This document shows, in pieces, positions 1-10,119 of a stretch of 64,000 nucleotides of DNA (position 1 is its first letter; each line of letters begins with the position of its first letter). The notes under the pieces are model-generated. The model made no database searches. It was given only the letters and a program-made list of their open reading frames with translations, and was not told the origin of the DNA. The position numbers and the translations under genes were made by a program. Origin of the DNA: Nitrososphaerota archaeon (lineage in GTDB: Archaea > Thermoproteota > Nitrososphaeria_A > Caldarchaeales > Calditenuaceae); the NCBI GenBank assembly GCA_041641295.1, contig JBEPYO010000001.1, forward strand, positions 416,001-480,000. Direction: 5' to 3'.

Positions 1-189
1 GAGATACTTGACCTCCTTTCCCGTACGGCTTTCGCGTCTAGCTACGCCGAGAAATATAGCCACTGCGCCTGCGTTGCCAGACTCGTAGATGCGCGACAAG
101 TTTGATAATAGTTCGCCGATCCTGAGCTCGTGTTCTGCATAGACTCCCGGGCGCGGTAGGCCCTTCAGTCCAGCCTCCTCCAGACTCAC
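1..189 (-). CDS. moaE: Molybdopterin synthase catalytic subunit MoaE, N-terminal part (runs off window start)
   Basis: Manual translation from GTG at 189, overlapping the mrp stop (GTGA): ...GAVAIFLGVARRESRTGKEVKYL, matching the MoaE GAxxxFxGxxR...V..L motif. Confidence 0.7.
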   Translation of the reverse strand, partial: MSLEEAGLKGLPRPGVYAEHELRIGELLSNLSRIYESGNAGAVAIFLGVARRESRTGKEVKYL

Positions 190-1253
190 TGCGCCCCCCT
201 CCTGACCGCCAGTACGCTTAGTGCAGCGGCTACGCGTCTCGCTAGGCTCCTGAAGCTCTCAGCAGCCTCAGATTCTGGATGCGAGACTATGATTGGTATA
301 CCTTCGTCGCTATTCTCGCGGAGTATGGGCATTAACGGTATTTCAGCAAGTAGTGGGACGCCTATGTCTTCAGCTGACCTTGCCCCACCTCCCTTGCCAA
401 AGATGTACTCTTTCCGCCCGCAGCCCGGGCAGATGTAGTAGGACATGTTCTCTACTATTCCCAGGATCTCAACCCCGAGTTTCTGAAACATTCTGAGGGC
501 TTTGATAGCTATGTCTAGGGATGCCTGCTGGGGGGTGGTTACGATTATGGCACCTGTTATGGGTATTGTCTGGGCGAGTGTTAGGGGTGCATCACCAGTT
601 CCGGGAGGCAGGTCTACGATAAGGTAGTCCAATTCACCCCAATCGACCTCTAATAGCATCTGCCGCACAGCACCACCCACAAGCGGCCCCCTCCAGATAA
701 TTGGTGTGTCGTCAGTTACGACTAGGCCCATAGACATCATCTTCAATCCTAAAGGCCCTTCGGCAGGTGAGATCTTCCCTTTCCCCCTTGCCTCGAACCT
801 GTATGATCGTATAAAGCGTGTGAGGCTTGAGCCGTATATGTCGGCGTCAAGTATCCCTACGGCGGCTCCGGTCTCTGAGAGAGCAATGGCGAGGTTGGCG
901 GCTACTGTAGTCTTGCCTACACCACCTTTTCCACTCCCCACCGCGACGACATTCTTTATACCGGGGATCTCTGAGGGGACAGGCCGCATTCCCCAGCCCT
1001 GCCTAACCCTCGCAGTAACCCTCATGTTCACAGACCTGACCCCCGGCACCCCCTCCACAGCGCTCCTCGCCATCTTCTCTATCTGGGCATTGAAGGGGCA
1101 GGCGGGCGTCGTCAACTCCAGCGTAAAGGAGACTTCACCATCCCTCACGCTCAAATCCCTAATCATCCCCATGCTCACAATATCCATGCCCAGTTCAGGA
1201 TCCTTAACCCCCCTAAGGGCCTCTAGAACCTCCCTTTCAGTCGGCTTGGTCAA
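186..1253 (-). CDS. mrp: Mrp/ApbC/Nbp35 Fe-S cluster carrier ATPase with N-terminal DUF59/SufT-like domain
   Basis: DPELGMDIV and TTPACP (DUF59); GKGGVGKT P-loop; DLPPGTGD; CPGC. Confidence 0.93.
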   Translation of the reverse strand: MTKPTEREVLEALRGVKDPELGMDIVSMGMIRDLSVRDGEVSFTLELTTPACPFNAQIEKMARSAVEGVPGVRSVNMRVTARVRQGWGMRPVPSEIPGIKNVVAVGSGKGGVGKTTVAANLAIALSETGAAVGILDADIYGSSLTRFIRSYRFEARGKGKISPAEGPLGLKMMSMGLVVTDDTPIIWRGPLVGGAVRQMLLEVDWGELDYLIVDLPPGTGDAPLTLAQTIPITGAIIVTTPQQASLDIAIKALRMFQKLGVEILGIVENMSYYICPGCGRKEYIFGKGGGARSAEDIGVPLLAEIPLMPILRENSDEGIPIIVSHPESEAAESFRSLARRVAAALSVLAVRRGAQ

Positions 1254-1368
1254 CCAAATGTCATGTGGTATCGCTTATTTAAAAAACGAATCCCTAAAAC
1301 ACGACAATGAGAGTCTATACAAACGGTATATAAACAAGAATACGGGTGTATGCGTTTGAATAAAGGCC

Positions 1369-2931
1369 ATGACGATGCTAGAGTCTAGCCAGCTTGGCAA
1401 GCCCAGTCTAAGGCTGAGCAGCTACTTCGACGACCTCTACACCCTCAACGAGGAGGGGGTGCCGGTCTTTAAGATGTTTATAAACGGCGAGTGGGTGGAG
1501 AGCCAGACTGGAGAGACATTCCCAGTAGACACCCCCATCGACGACAGTGTTGTGGCGTATGCACAGAAGGGGGGCGACCTCGACGTTGATGCCGCTGTCA
1601 GCGCCTCCCGCGATGCGAGGCCGAAGATACGGTCCATAGCTGCGATCGACAGGATAGAGATTTTCCACGAAACGGCCAAGATAATTGAGGACCACATAGA
1701 GGACTTTGTTAACGTCCTAATGCTTGAGGCGGGTAAACCCCGTGCAGACGCGGTAGGAGAGATAACAGCAGTTATTGAGCGTATGAAGATGACGATGGAG
1801 GATGTCTCCAAGGTTGGAGGCGAGTATAGGCCCGGTGACTGGTCCGCTGACACGATGGGCAAGGTTGCGATCGTCCTCCGGGAACCCATCGGGACAGTAG
1901 GCGCCATAGGCCCCTTCAACTACCCCCTCTACATACCCGCGGCCAAGATCATACCAGCCCTCCTCTCAGGGAACACGGTCGTCGTTAAACCAGCAAGCGA
2001 CACACCTCTAAGCCAGCTACTACTCGCCAAGGCTCTCGAGGAGGCTGGGGTTCCAAAGGGGGCGCTCAACGTCGTTACAGGCCCAGGGCGTGTTGGTGCG
2101 AGGATAGCGGCACATGAGGACGTAGGCATGATATCCTTCACGGGGAGCACAGAGGTTGGCAGGGAGATCGCGAGGATCGCGGCAAATAAGCGGCTCCACC
2201 TCGAGCTTGGAGGCAAAGCGTATGCAATCGTTCTGGATGACGCGGATATAGCATTAGCCGCCAATAGATGTGTTGCAGGCTCTCTGAGAAATGCTGGTCA
2301 GAGGTGCGACGCAGTCAGTGCAATACTGGTGGTCGAATCTGTGGCAGATGAGTTCGTGGATAAGGTGTTAGCCGAGGTTGATAAGATAAAGTTTGGCGAC
2401 CCGCGGATTGAGGGTGTCAACATGGGCCCGCTAATTAACAGGGCTGCCGCAGAGAGGGTCAACGCCCTCGTGAGGGACGCGGTAGCTAAGGGTGCAAAGC
2501 TGCTTAGGGGAGGGAGCTATAAGGGCTGCTATCATGAGCCGACCGTACTCGACAGGGTTCCGCAGGAAGCCAGGATCTTATGGGAGGAGACATTCGGCCC
2601 AGTAGTAACAATAGCTAGAGTCAAGGATGAGAATGAGGCAATAGCGATAGCTTCTAGGAGCAGATATGGCTTGGACAGCTGTGTATTCACGAACAACTTC
2701 TACAGGATGTGGAGGGTGGCGAAGTCGCTCCAGACCGGTGCCGTGACAATAAATGATTTTCCACGCCACGGAGTCGGCTACTTCCCATTTGGAGGAGTTA
2801 AGGACTCAGGGCTGGGTAGAGAGGGTATAGGATACTCGATCGAAGAGATGATGGTTCTCAAAACCATCGTATTCAACTTGGAGCCGGCTCAGCTCGGTAA
2901 GGTAAGGAGGCCAAAGCAGAAGCATCACTAG
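1369..2931 (+). CDS. gapN: Non-phosphorylating glyceraldehyde-3-phosphate dehydrogenase (archaeal GAPN, ALDH family)
   Basis: PFNYP, FTGSTEVG, LELGGK, GQRC, EETFGP; GDW and PRHGVGYFPFGG segments typical of Thermoproteus-type GAPN; near apgM. Confidence 0.85.
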   Translation: MTMLESSQLGKPSLRLSSYFDDLYTLNEEGVPVFKMFINGEWVESQTGETFPVDTPIDDSVVAYAQKGGDLDVDAAVSASRDARPKIRSIAAIDRIEIFHETAKIIEDHIEDFVNVLMLEAGKPRADAVGEITAVIERMKMTMEDVSKVGGEYRPGDWSADTMGKVAIVLREPIGTVGAIGPFNYPLYIPAAKIIPALLSGNTVVVKPASDTPLSQLLLAKALEEAGVPKGALNVVTGPGRVGARIAAHEDVGMISFTGSTEVGREIARIAANKRLHLELGGKAYAIVLDDADIALAANRCVAGSLRNAGQRCDAVSAILVVESVADEFVDKVLAEVDKIKFGDPRIEGVNMGPLINRAAAERVNALVRDAVAKGAKLLRGGSYKGCYHEPTVLDRVPQEARILWEETFGPVVTIARVKDENEAIAIASRSRYGLDSCVFTNNFYRMWRVAKSLQTGAVTINDFPRHGVGYFPFGGVKDSGLGREGIGYSIEEMMVLKTIVFNLEPAQLGKVRRPKQKHH

Positions 2932-3464
2932 ACACTGTTGAGATAGATACTCATCAGCAGTGCAGCTATACTTTTCAAGTCTCTAATTCTTCCATTCCGA
3001 ATAGCGTCTAAAACCTGTTCGCGTGTTAGCCTGATGACCTTGATGTTCTCATCCACATCATGTCTCGGTACGCCGGCTGTGGATGCCCGACCCGCGAATA
3101 TGTATAGTCGCTCGGTTGTGTATCCGGGGGTTGTGTAGGTCTCTGAGAGAAGTCTTAGACCATCTGCCTTCAACCCTGTCTCCTCTTCAAGCTCTCTCTC
3201 CGCGCACCTAGCCGGCTCCTCACCCTCCTCAAGCGTACCCGCAGGTATCTCGAGAGTCTCCTCGCCCACGCCAATCCTGTATTGAGACACCAGAAGAAAC
3301 CTCCCCTCAGCATCAGTCGCCACTATTGCCACAGATCCAGGATGCTCGACCACCTCTCTCACAACCTCCCGCTCATCATACTTCGCCCTGACACGCCTAA
3401 CGGAGACGAGCTTACCACTATAGACTAGCTCGCTGGAGACGATTTGGGGTGGACGGCTCATCAC
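2928..3464 (-). CDS. NUDIX hydrolase, ADP-ribose pyrophosphatase type
   Basis: REVVEHPGSV; Nudix box AGTLEEGEEPARCAERELEEETG; TPG. Confidence 0.9.
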   Translation of the reverse strand: MMSRPPQIVSSELVYSGKLVSVRRVRAKYDEREVVREVVEHPGSVAIVATDAEGRFLLVSQYRIGVGEETLEIPAGTLEEGEEPARCAERELEEETGLKADGLRLLSETYTTPGYTTERLYIFAGRASTAGVPRHDVDENIKVIRLTREQVLDAIRNGRIRDLKSIAALLMSIYLNSV

Positions 3465-3524
3465 AGTTTCACGGATTTCTCATACGGAGATGTTTTTATA
3501 AATTAGCGGCGATGTGGTAATCCC

Positions 3525-4754
3525 GTGAAGATCTTAATTGTTCTCTTGGACGGTGTGGGTGATAGGCCTTCACGCATTTTGAACGGCCTGACACCTCTTC
3601 AGGCTGCACGTATTCCATTTCTGAACGGCCTTGCACGCGAGGGTATTAACGGCATAATGGACCCAGTCGCGCCGGGAATCCCGGTTGGGAGCGATACGGG
3701 CCACCTATCAATCCTCGGCTATGACCCCTACAAGTATTATCCTGGCAGGGGGCCCTTCGAGGCGCTGGGCGCTGGCATCAAGCTCAAACCCGGTGACGTG
3801 GCTTTTAGATGCAATTTCGCCACAGTTAGTGATGATGGACGGGTTGTGGATAGGAGGGCGGGCCGTATAAGCAGCCAAGAGGCCGCCCAGCTTGTCGAGA
3901 GCCTCAAAGAGGTTGTGGAGGTAGACGGAATAGAGGTCTTGCTGAAACACACTGTTGAGCACAGGTCTGTCCTCGTGCTACGAGGAGAAGTCTCCGACAA
4001 GATCTCGGACGTCGACCCGCATAAAGATGGGGCAGTAATCCACTGGCCTAAGCCCCTGGACAATTCCCGGGAGGCGGAGAGGACAGCAGAGGCCTTGACT
4101 AAGCTCCTCAAAAAATATAGGCAGATACTTGAGGGCCACCCAGTAAATGCTAGGAGGCGTGAGGCAGGTTTACCAATCGCCAATATGCTGCTGCCGCGCG
4201 GAGCAGGGAAGATGCCGAATTTGCCATCTCTCTCCGAGCGATTCGGTGTTAGAGCCGCTGTTATAGCTGGCGGAGCTCTCTACAAGGGAGTGTGCAGCTC
4301 TGTGGGCATGGACGTGGTCGAGGCACCGGGAGCAACCGGCACACTAAACACCGATTTGGACTCCAAGTTCAAAACAGCGTTCAAAGCCATGGGCGATTAC
4401 GACCTAGTCTTCCTCCACATTAAGGGGACAGACACAGCAGCCCATGACAAGGACCCGGCCACGAAGGCAGCATTCGTAGAGAAGATCGACACAGCTTTTG
4501 CAAAAAACTATAACCCTCCACGCGACGAATTCATCGTCTGCGTCACAGGCGACCACACAACCAGCTCTCTCACCGGTGAGCATAGGGGAGACCCGGTACC
4601 GGTGCTGATTTGGGGACACGGCGTGAGGGTGGACTACGTAAACAGATTTAACGAGGTTGACTCGGCCCGTGGCGCTCTCGGACGGATAAAGGGCACGGAC
4701 CTGATGAATATTCTGATGGACCTGGCAAACAGGACCGAGAAGTTCGGCGAATAG
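3525..4754 (+). CDS. apgM: 2,3-bisphosphoglycerate-independent phosphoglycerate mutase (archaeal type)
   Basis: [42 protein letters not shown]. Confidence 0.95.
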   Translation: MKILIVLLDGVGDRPSRILNGLTPLQAARIPFLNGLAREGINGIMDPVAPGIPVGSDTGHLSILGYDPYKYYPGRGPFEALGAGIKLKPGDVAFRCNFATVSDDGRVVDRRAGRISSQEAAQLVESLKEVVEVDGIEVLLKHTVEHRSVLVLRGEVSDKISDVDPHKDGAVIHWPKPLDNSREAERTAEALTKLLKKYRQILEGHPVNARRREAGLPIANMLLPRGAGKMPNLPSLSERFGVRAAVIAGGALYKGVCSSVGMDVVEAPGATGTLNTDLDSKFKTAFKAMGDYDLVFLHIKGTDTAAHDKDPATKAAFVEKIDTAFAKNYNPPRDEFIVCVTGDHTTSSLTGEHRGDPVPVLIWGHGVRVDYVNRFNEVDSARGALGRIKGTDLMNILMDLANRTEKFGE

Positions 4755-4759
4755 AGGAC

Positions 4760-4951
4760 CTACCCTCTCCGCAAAACAGTTCTGCGGAGAAGCACCTCCG
4801 CCTCCTTCCTATACTCAGTCTCGAGCCCGCATCTTAGTCGTAAATAATCCTCTAAGCCCAGCACCCCATCTTGAAACTCCTTTTTGGCGCTCCAAATCCT
4901 TTCTGAGAGCTCTCTCAGATGGTTTTCAATTCTTAACGGTGGCAGCCTCAA
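4760..4951 (-). CDS. Small hypothetical protein (63 aa) coupled to rps19e
   Basis: TTG start overlaps the S19e stop (TTGA); charged helical sequence fills the gap to the convergent apgM. Confidence 0.5.
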   Translation of the reverse strand: MRLPPLRIENHLRELSERIWSAKKEFQDGVLGLEDYLRLRCGLETEYRKEAEVLLRRTVLRRG

Positions 4952-5379
4952 GCCTTACCTGCCTGTCTCTTCAATATGCTCTCACTGATCTCTTCGAGTA
5001 ACTGTCTGCCCTTCTTCGTCAATACTCTACCCTTCTTAGACTTCTCCACCAGCCCAGCGCTCTCCAACTGCTGGAGGGCTTTTCTGATAACACTACCGCT
5101 GCCCGGCGCGAAGTGGGGGTTTCTATGACCCATCCTATGTCTCCCACCATACATCTTCCTCAGACGCGAGACCCCCAGCCCCTTCTCGTGGATATACAGT
5201 TTCCGCAATATTGCTGCACACCTCACATACCACCAGTCAGGGTCGGATGGGGGCCTGTCCTTAGAGACTCCCGTCTTTACAAATAGCGCCCATTTAGGCA
5301 TGGATACTATCCGATTCTCCTTGAGGTAGCGGGCTGTTGTCTTGATGAGCTGTAGTGGCTCAACCAGTCTCACACTCAT
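4948..5379 (-). CDS. rps19e: 30S ribosomal protein S19e
   Basis: PKWALFVKTG, DWWYVRCAAILRKLY, GSGSVIRKALQQLE. Confidence 0.97.
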   Translation of the reverse strand: MSVRLVEPLQLIKTTARYLKENRIVSMPKWALFVKTGVSKDRPPSDPDWWYVRCAAILRKLYIHEKGLGVSRLRKMYGGRHRMGHRNPHFAPGSGSVIRKALQQLESAGLVEKSKKGRVLTKKGRQLLEEISESILKRQAGKA

Positions 5380-5502
5380 TTCCCCCGATTTCTGACATGC
5401 TTTTCATTTAAGCCATATTTAACGCTGCCTCAGAGCAGCCTAGTCAGGGCTACGACCTAATGGATTATTCCTTATTAGATGCCTTGAAAATTTGACAAAC
5501 CA

Positions 5503-6147
5503 ATGGACTGGCCCCAACTCATCGCCACCGTTGTCCTCGTCTCCGCATCAGGAGCTCTTGCGCCGGGTCCACTACTTATTGCGACCTTGAGCGAGAGTGT
5601 TAAAAGAGGGGGCCGCGTAGGACTCCTATCAGCCACCGGGCACATGATCGTGGAACTCCCCCTAGTCCTCCTTATAGCCCAGGGCATAGCCTTCCTCCTA
5701 ACCACCGAGGTAATGGCTAGGCTAGCTATAACTGTCGCCGGAATAGCGGCCCTCACATTCTTCGGTCTCAACCAGCTCCGCGAATCCCTCCTAGCAAAAC
5801 CCACTACGACCAATGGACTGGACGCTAAGACGCCTAAGAATGGTGTTGCGATAGGCATAATATTCACTGGGCTAAACCCATACTTCATCACTTGGTGGCT
5901 GACCATCGGTGCAAAGCTGGTCTATGACGCGCTAGCCCTCGCGGCCTGGCTGGGCATCGCCGTGATGTACGCCTCACACATCTGGATCGACTACGCCTGG
6001 CTCTATATCACAGGTAGTCTGGCATGGAGAGGGGGTAGAATACTCGGATCAAAGCTGTTGAGGCTCATAAACATAGTTCTTGGATCCTTCCTCCTAGTCC
6101 TTGCACTTATGATGAGTCTAGAGCTTGTGCCCCTCATATTCTCTTAG
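5503..6147 (+). CDS. LysE family amino-acid translocator
   Basis: SGALAPGPL, GH..VE, NPYFITWW; several hydrophobic helices. Confidence 0.88.
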   Translation: MDWPQLIATVVLVSASGALAPGPLLIATLSESVKRGGRVGLLSATGHMIVELPLVLLIAQGIAFLLTTEVMARLAITVAGIAALTFFGLNQLRESLLAKPTTTNGLDAKTPKNGVAIGIIFTGLNPYFITWWLTIGAKLVYDALALAAWLGIAVMYASHIWIDYAWLYITGSLAWRGGRILGSKLLRLINIVLGSFLLVLALMMSLELVPLIFS

Positions 6148-6219
6148 ATATACAGGGAGAATGTCCTTTCGCCTAGGCGACGACCCCGGTATAAATGTGA
6201 ATCTGTCAGATGTATCTGC

Positions 6220-6762
6220 ATGCGCTTCTCATGGTCGAGGGAGTCAAAGCTCTGGTCCAAAATCGAGGAAGTATCCCTCAGCCTCTCAGTCCTGAACAAA
6301 AAGCTCGCAGCGAGAGTAGACCAGATGAGCAGGAGAAACAGAGACCTCTTCGAAGCATGCGTCAAGGCCTATCAGGAAGGCGACACGGAGAGGGCGGCAG
6401 TCTACGCCTCTGAGCTGTCCCAGCTCCGAAAAACATTCAATAACACCCTACGATGCCAGCTCTCCCTGGAGGCAGTGATATACAGGCTTGCGACAGTCAA
6501 AGACCTCGGCGACGTGAGGATGGCCCTTCAGCCGATTAAAGGGATCGTGTCTAAGATTGGCGAAGACCTTCAAGGCGCCCTGCCTGAGGTCAGTGGGCGA
6601 GTATTACGGGTTCAGGAACTCATCGACGATGTTGCGCTCGAGATCGGCTCGGCTGATGATATAGGCTACTCAAAGTTTGAGGCCACAGATGACGAGGCAA
6701 AGCGAATATTGGCTGAAGCAGCCGCCATAGCTAGTCGAAGAGGCGAGCGGAACATAGCCTAG
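6220..6762 (+). CDS. ESCRT-III (Snf7/CdvB-like) paralog
   Basis: LFEACVKA...D.ERAAVYASEL..LRK, LEAV..RL.TV..LGD, PEVS, EAKRILAEAA typical of CdvB-family helical core. Confidence 0.85.
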   Translation: MRFSWSRESKLWSKIEEVSLSLSVLNKKLAARVDQMSRRNRDLFEACVKAYQEGDTERAAVYASELSQLRKTFNNTLRCQLSLEAVIYRLATVKDLGDVRMALQPIKGIVSKIGEDLQGALPEVSGRVLRVQELIDDVALEIGSADDIGYSKFEATDDEAKRILAEAAAIASRRGERNIA

Positions 6763-6809
6763 CCACGCAAAGATTTATTCGGAAGAGGCGCCTATAGGCA
6801 AGTGGAGAG

Positions 6810-7271
6810 ATGAAAATAAAGCGATCGTCAGGGGCTGTAGTGTTCAACGACTCAATCGGCGAGAACTACTATCTCGTACTGTTATATGGCGGTGGTCACT
6901 GGGATTTCCCAAAAGGCGGCATAGAAGAGGGAGAGTCTGAGATAGAGACCGCGCTAAGAGAGATTAGAGAAGAGACGAGCCTGCAGAATGTTCAAATCAT
7001 CGAGGGTTTCAAACGAATAATAAGCTACACCTACAAAAGCGACGATGACACAGTATATAAGACGGTCACATTTTTTCTGGGGAGGACCAACGAGTTCCGA
7101 GTAACTCTCAGCAAGGAGCATAAGGCTTATGCTTGGCTAAAATATCCGGACGCACTCACTCAGCTCACATTCAGGACGGCGAAGCAAGTCTTGATGGATG
7201 CCGAGGACTTCCTTAGAAAGAACCACTTCATACATGGTGGCGGAAGATCTTCCATCCGTAATATGAGTTGA
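6810..7271 (+). CDS. NUDIX hydrolase, bis(5'-nucleosyl)-tetraphosphatase (Ap4A hydrolase) type
   Basis: SSGAVVF, HWDFPKG, ETALREIREET, LSKEH. Confidence 0.88.
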   Translation: MKIKRSSGAVVFNDSIGENYYLVLLYGGGHWDFPKGGIEEGESEIETALREIREETSLQNVQIIEGFKRIISYTYKSDDDTVYKTVTFFLGRTNEFRVTLSKEHKAYAWLKYPDALTQLTFRTAKQVLMDAEDFLRKNHFIHGGGRSSIRNMS

Positions 7272-7278
7272 GGAAAAA

Positions 7279-8985
7279 ATGAGACTGACTGTACTAGTGT
7301 TAGCTGTAATGCTCGTTTTATCTCAGCTGGCTTTAAGCTATGGGCAGGGTGAAAGCCTCACTGTTAGAGTTTTTGACATTTCTGGGAGCCCTCGTGGAGG
7401 TATAGAGCTGAGGCTATCCAACTCCACGTTTACTAGGATGTTTGAGACAACGGCGCAGGGTGTTGCGGAGTTCAGGCTCATCGCACCCGGAGTATATAAT
7501 CTTTCAGCCATCGTAGACGGTGTAGAGGTGGCTCAAGCAACTGTCTCTTTCCCAGCACAGACCCAGGTAAATCTTACACTCATGGTGCAGAATGTAGAGG
7601 TGCTGGTATACGATTTAGATGGGAGACCGGCTAGCGGTGTAGCGATTGAGCTTAGATCGGAGAATGGGCCGGTTATACGCAGGGGCTCAACAGACCCTAA
7701 CGGCAAAATCTCGATACGCGACCTGCCCTTCTCAAACCTATCCAAAGTAGGCCCATACAGGGTACTTGGTAAGCTGGGGGATGTTGCTGTCCTTAACACG
7801 TCCATAATTGTGTCTCCACAGGTCTCGGAGTATCGTCTGACCGCTGAGATCGTCAGGGTGGGGGTAAATATTCTTGACTACAGGGGCGGGGCCGTGAATG
7901 TAACTCTGAGGCTAAGCTCTGAGGCTCTAAACTTTTCCACATCGCTTGCGGCTGGGCGGACATATAGTATTCCCTCATCAAGGATTGCCGGTCCATACAT
8001 TATAGAGGCCTCTAAGCGATATTCCCCACAAACACCGGAGATACTCCTACTCAAGGAGACGGCTTTACTGGAAAGGAGCCAGAACCTAACATACGTGCTT
8101 GACCTCTCAGACATAGTGGTTGTAGTGAAGGACGACGCTGGGTCGGCAGTTAGGGGCCTCAGGGTCGTCATAGAGTCTGAGAAGCTTGGCGTGCTAGGCT
8201 CATCGACAACCAATACTGGCGGAGAGGTTACATTCTCTGCAATACCCTTTAGCGAGGGGCGGCCTGGTGCAGGAATCTACCGCATATCTGTGTCCAAGGG
8301 CGGTATCCAGCTTAGTGCAATGGATGTAAACTTGGTTCCCGGCTCTGAGAGGGTTACAGTGACTGTGAATCGTGTTGAGACCTTGTTCTACATCCAGAAT
8401 CCCCGGGGGCAACCTCTTCCCAATGCAACCCTCACACTGCTAGACCCAATAACGAGACGGGTTTACACTGCGACGAGCGATGCTGAGGGGAGGGCGACAC
8501 TACACCTGATCCAGGGAGTGCACCAGTATTCCGTATCTTACATGGGTGTAGAGGTGGCTAGTGGGGAAATGAACACAACAGAGACGCGGGTATTGATACA
8601 AGCCACTAAAGTTGATATAGAGTTTAGGGTACGGGTCCGGGACTGGGCTGGAAATATCTTGAGAGACGCTAGGATCTCTATAGTTTGGAGGGGGCAGGAG
8701 CTTCAGGGCGAGAGGCAGGATGACGGCTCTATACAGGTAAGAGTCCCCGTAGCGGGCGAGGTCCAAGTTAATGTCTATCTCGACGGCACTCTTGTAGAGC
8801 GGAGGCTGGTCTGGGTGAGCTCGCCCATGTTGTTTGAGGTTAGGATTAGGGGGGTGCTTATGGGTGGCAGGCTGGTTGACGTTGAAACTGTCTCCTCCGT
8901 CGTAGCCGGTGTTCTACTAGCCCTCTCTGCAGCCTCAATATTCATACTGTGGAGGCGTAAGGCTTCTCGTGCCACAGCAAGCTAG
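7279..8985 (+). CDS. Membrane-anchored surface protein with tandem beta-sandwich (carboxypeptidase-regulatory-like) repeats
   Basis: Signal peptide; repeated V.V.D..G.P..G..I.L and T...G units; C-terminal TM helix plus basic tail. Confidence 0.75.
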   Translation: MRLTVLVLAVMLVLSQLALSYGQGESLTVRVFDISGSPRGGIELRLSNSTFTRMFETTAQGVAEFRLIAPGVYNLSAIVDGVEVAQATVSFPAQTQVNLTLMVQNVEVLVYDLDGRPASGVAIELRSENGPVIRRGSTDPNGKISIRDLPFSNLSKVGPYRVLGKLGDVAVLNTSIIVSPQVSEYRLTAEIVRVGVNILDYRGGAVNVTLRLSSEALNFSTSLAAGRTYSIPSSRIAGPYIIEASKRYSPQTPEILLLKETALLERSQNLTYVLDLSDIVVVVKDDAGSAVRGLRVVIESEKLGVLGSSTTNTGGEVTFSAIPFSEGRPGAGIYRISVSKGGIQLSAMDVNLVPGSERVTVTVNRVETLFYIQNPRGQPLPNATLTLLDPITRRVYTATSDAEGRATLHLIQGVHQYSVSYMGVEVASGEMNTTETRVLIQATKVDIEFRVRVRDWAGNILRDARISIVWRGQELQGERQDDGSIQVRVPVAGEVQVNVYLDGTLVERRLVWVSSPMLFEVRIRGVLMGGRLVDVETVSSVVAGVLLALSAASIFILWRRKASRATAS

Positions 8986-8986
8986 G

Positions 8987-10015
8987 TTATCTGTGCCTGA
9001 CTCGGGGATCGATGAGTGGTGTTAGGAGGTCTAGTATAAAGACAGACAACGTTATTACAATACATGAGATGAGAGCTATCGCTGCTAGCAGGTTATAGTC
9101 GAAAGCTGTGATGGCCCTGTAGATGAGGTATCCCATGCCTGGGTAGGTGAAGAGAATCTCGGTTATGAGGGCTCCACCGAGTATCTGGCCCATCTGGAGG
9201 GTCAGGAGCGTAATCTGTGTAAGGCTGACCTCGCCCCAGAGATGCCTCCTCCTAATCTCGCTCTCCCTCACACCCATGAGCCTGATGAATTGGATATGAT
9301 CCTCAGCTATTTTCACTCTGGTGGCTGAGTAGGCGCTGAGGAAAAACCAGCCGAGGCTCGCGGGGATTATGAGGGAGAGGGCTGGCAGGGCGGCATGGTA
9401 AAGTATGTTGAGGACAAGTGACAGGTTGTGTAGAGGGTCTTCGGTCAGGCGTGGAGGGACTACGCTAACCCCTCCGCCTAGAGGGAAGATAGGCACCAGG
9501 TATGCGAAGAGGAAGATTAGTACGAGGCCGAAGAGGTAGTATGGTATTGGGTATAGCACGGATGATAACCCTATCAGGAGCTTGGAGAGGCTTTTCGAGG
9601 GGGCAGAGCCTGAGAAAATACCCATTAGGGTCCCGGCAAGCCATGAGATGATTATGCTCATGGAGAGTAGACCTATTGTCCATGGAAGCGCCCTCAGAAT
9701 CAGCACAGATACAGGTGTTGGGAAGCTAACTAGTGATGGTCCGAAGTCGAAGGTGAAGAGTCTCCTCCACACCTCGAGATAGTGTGACCATAAGTCGCCT
9801 TCAAGCCCGTAAAAGCTGAGCCAAGCATTTCGAAGCCTCTCAGCCTCCTCTGGGTATCGTATAATGCCGACTTGGAAGGCCTGTTGGAGGCGGGCCTCAA
9901 CCGCGCCTAACGGCGCTAGCCGTAGAATAATGAAGATGATATTGATTCCTAGGAAGAGGTTGAGCCAAGCCGCTAAGACCCTCTGCCAGATGTACTTCCA
10001 ACTTATTGGCGCCAT
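8987..10015 (-). CDS. Opp/Dpp-family ABC permease (OppB-like), second copy
   Basis: DFGPSLVSFPTPV, LPWT, PYY, GALITEILFTYPGMG, DPRVR; paralog of 14098..15105. Confidence 0.9.
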   Translation of the reverse strand: MAPISWKYIWQRVLAAWLNLFLGINIIFIILRLAPLGAVEARLQQAFQVGIIRYPEEAERLRNAWLSFYGLEGDLWSHYLEVWRRLFTFDFGPSLVSFPTPVSVLILRALPWTIGLLSMSIIISWLAGTLMGIFSGSAPSKSLSKLLIGLSSVLYPIPYYLFGLVLIFLFAYLVPIFPLGGGVSVVPPRLTEDPLHNLSLVLNILYHAALPALSLIIPASLGWFFLSAYSATRVKIAEDHIQFIRLMGVRESEIRRRHLWGEVSLTQITLLTLQMGQILGGALITEILFTYPGMGYLIYRAITAFDYNLLAAIALISCIVITLSVFILDLLTPLIDPRVRHR

Positions 10016-10119
10016 ATCTTCACATGCTTCTCCACTTCTAGGTCAAGCATTTCAAGTATATTTCAATGTATCAACTCTTATATTTTACATGAGATTCTTA
10101 ATCACTGCGGTGTTTAGTC

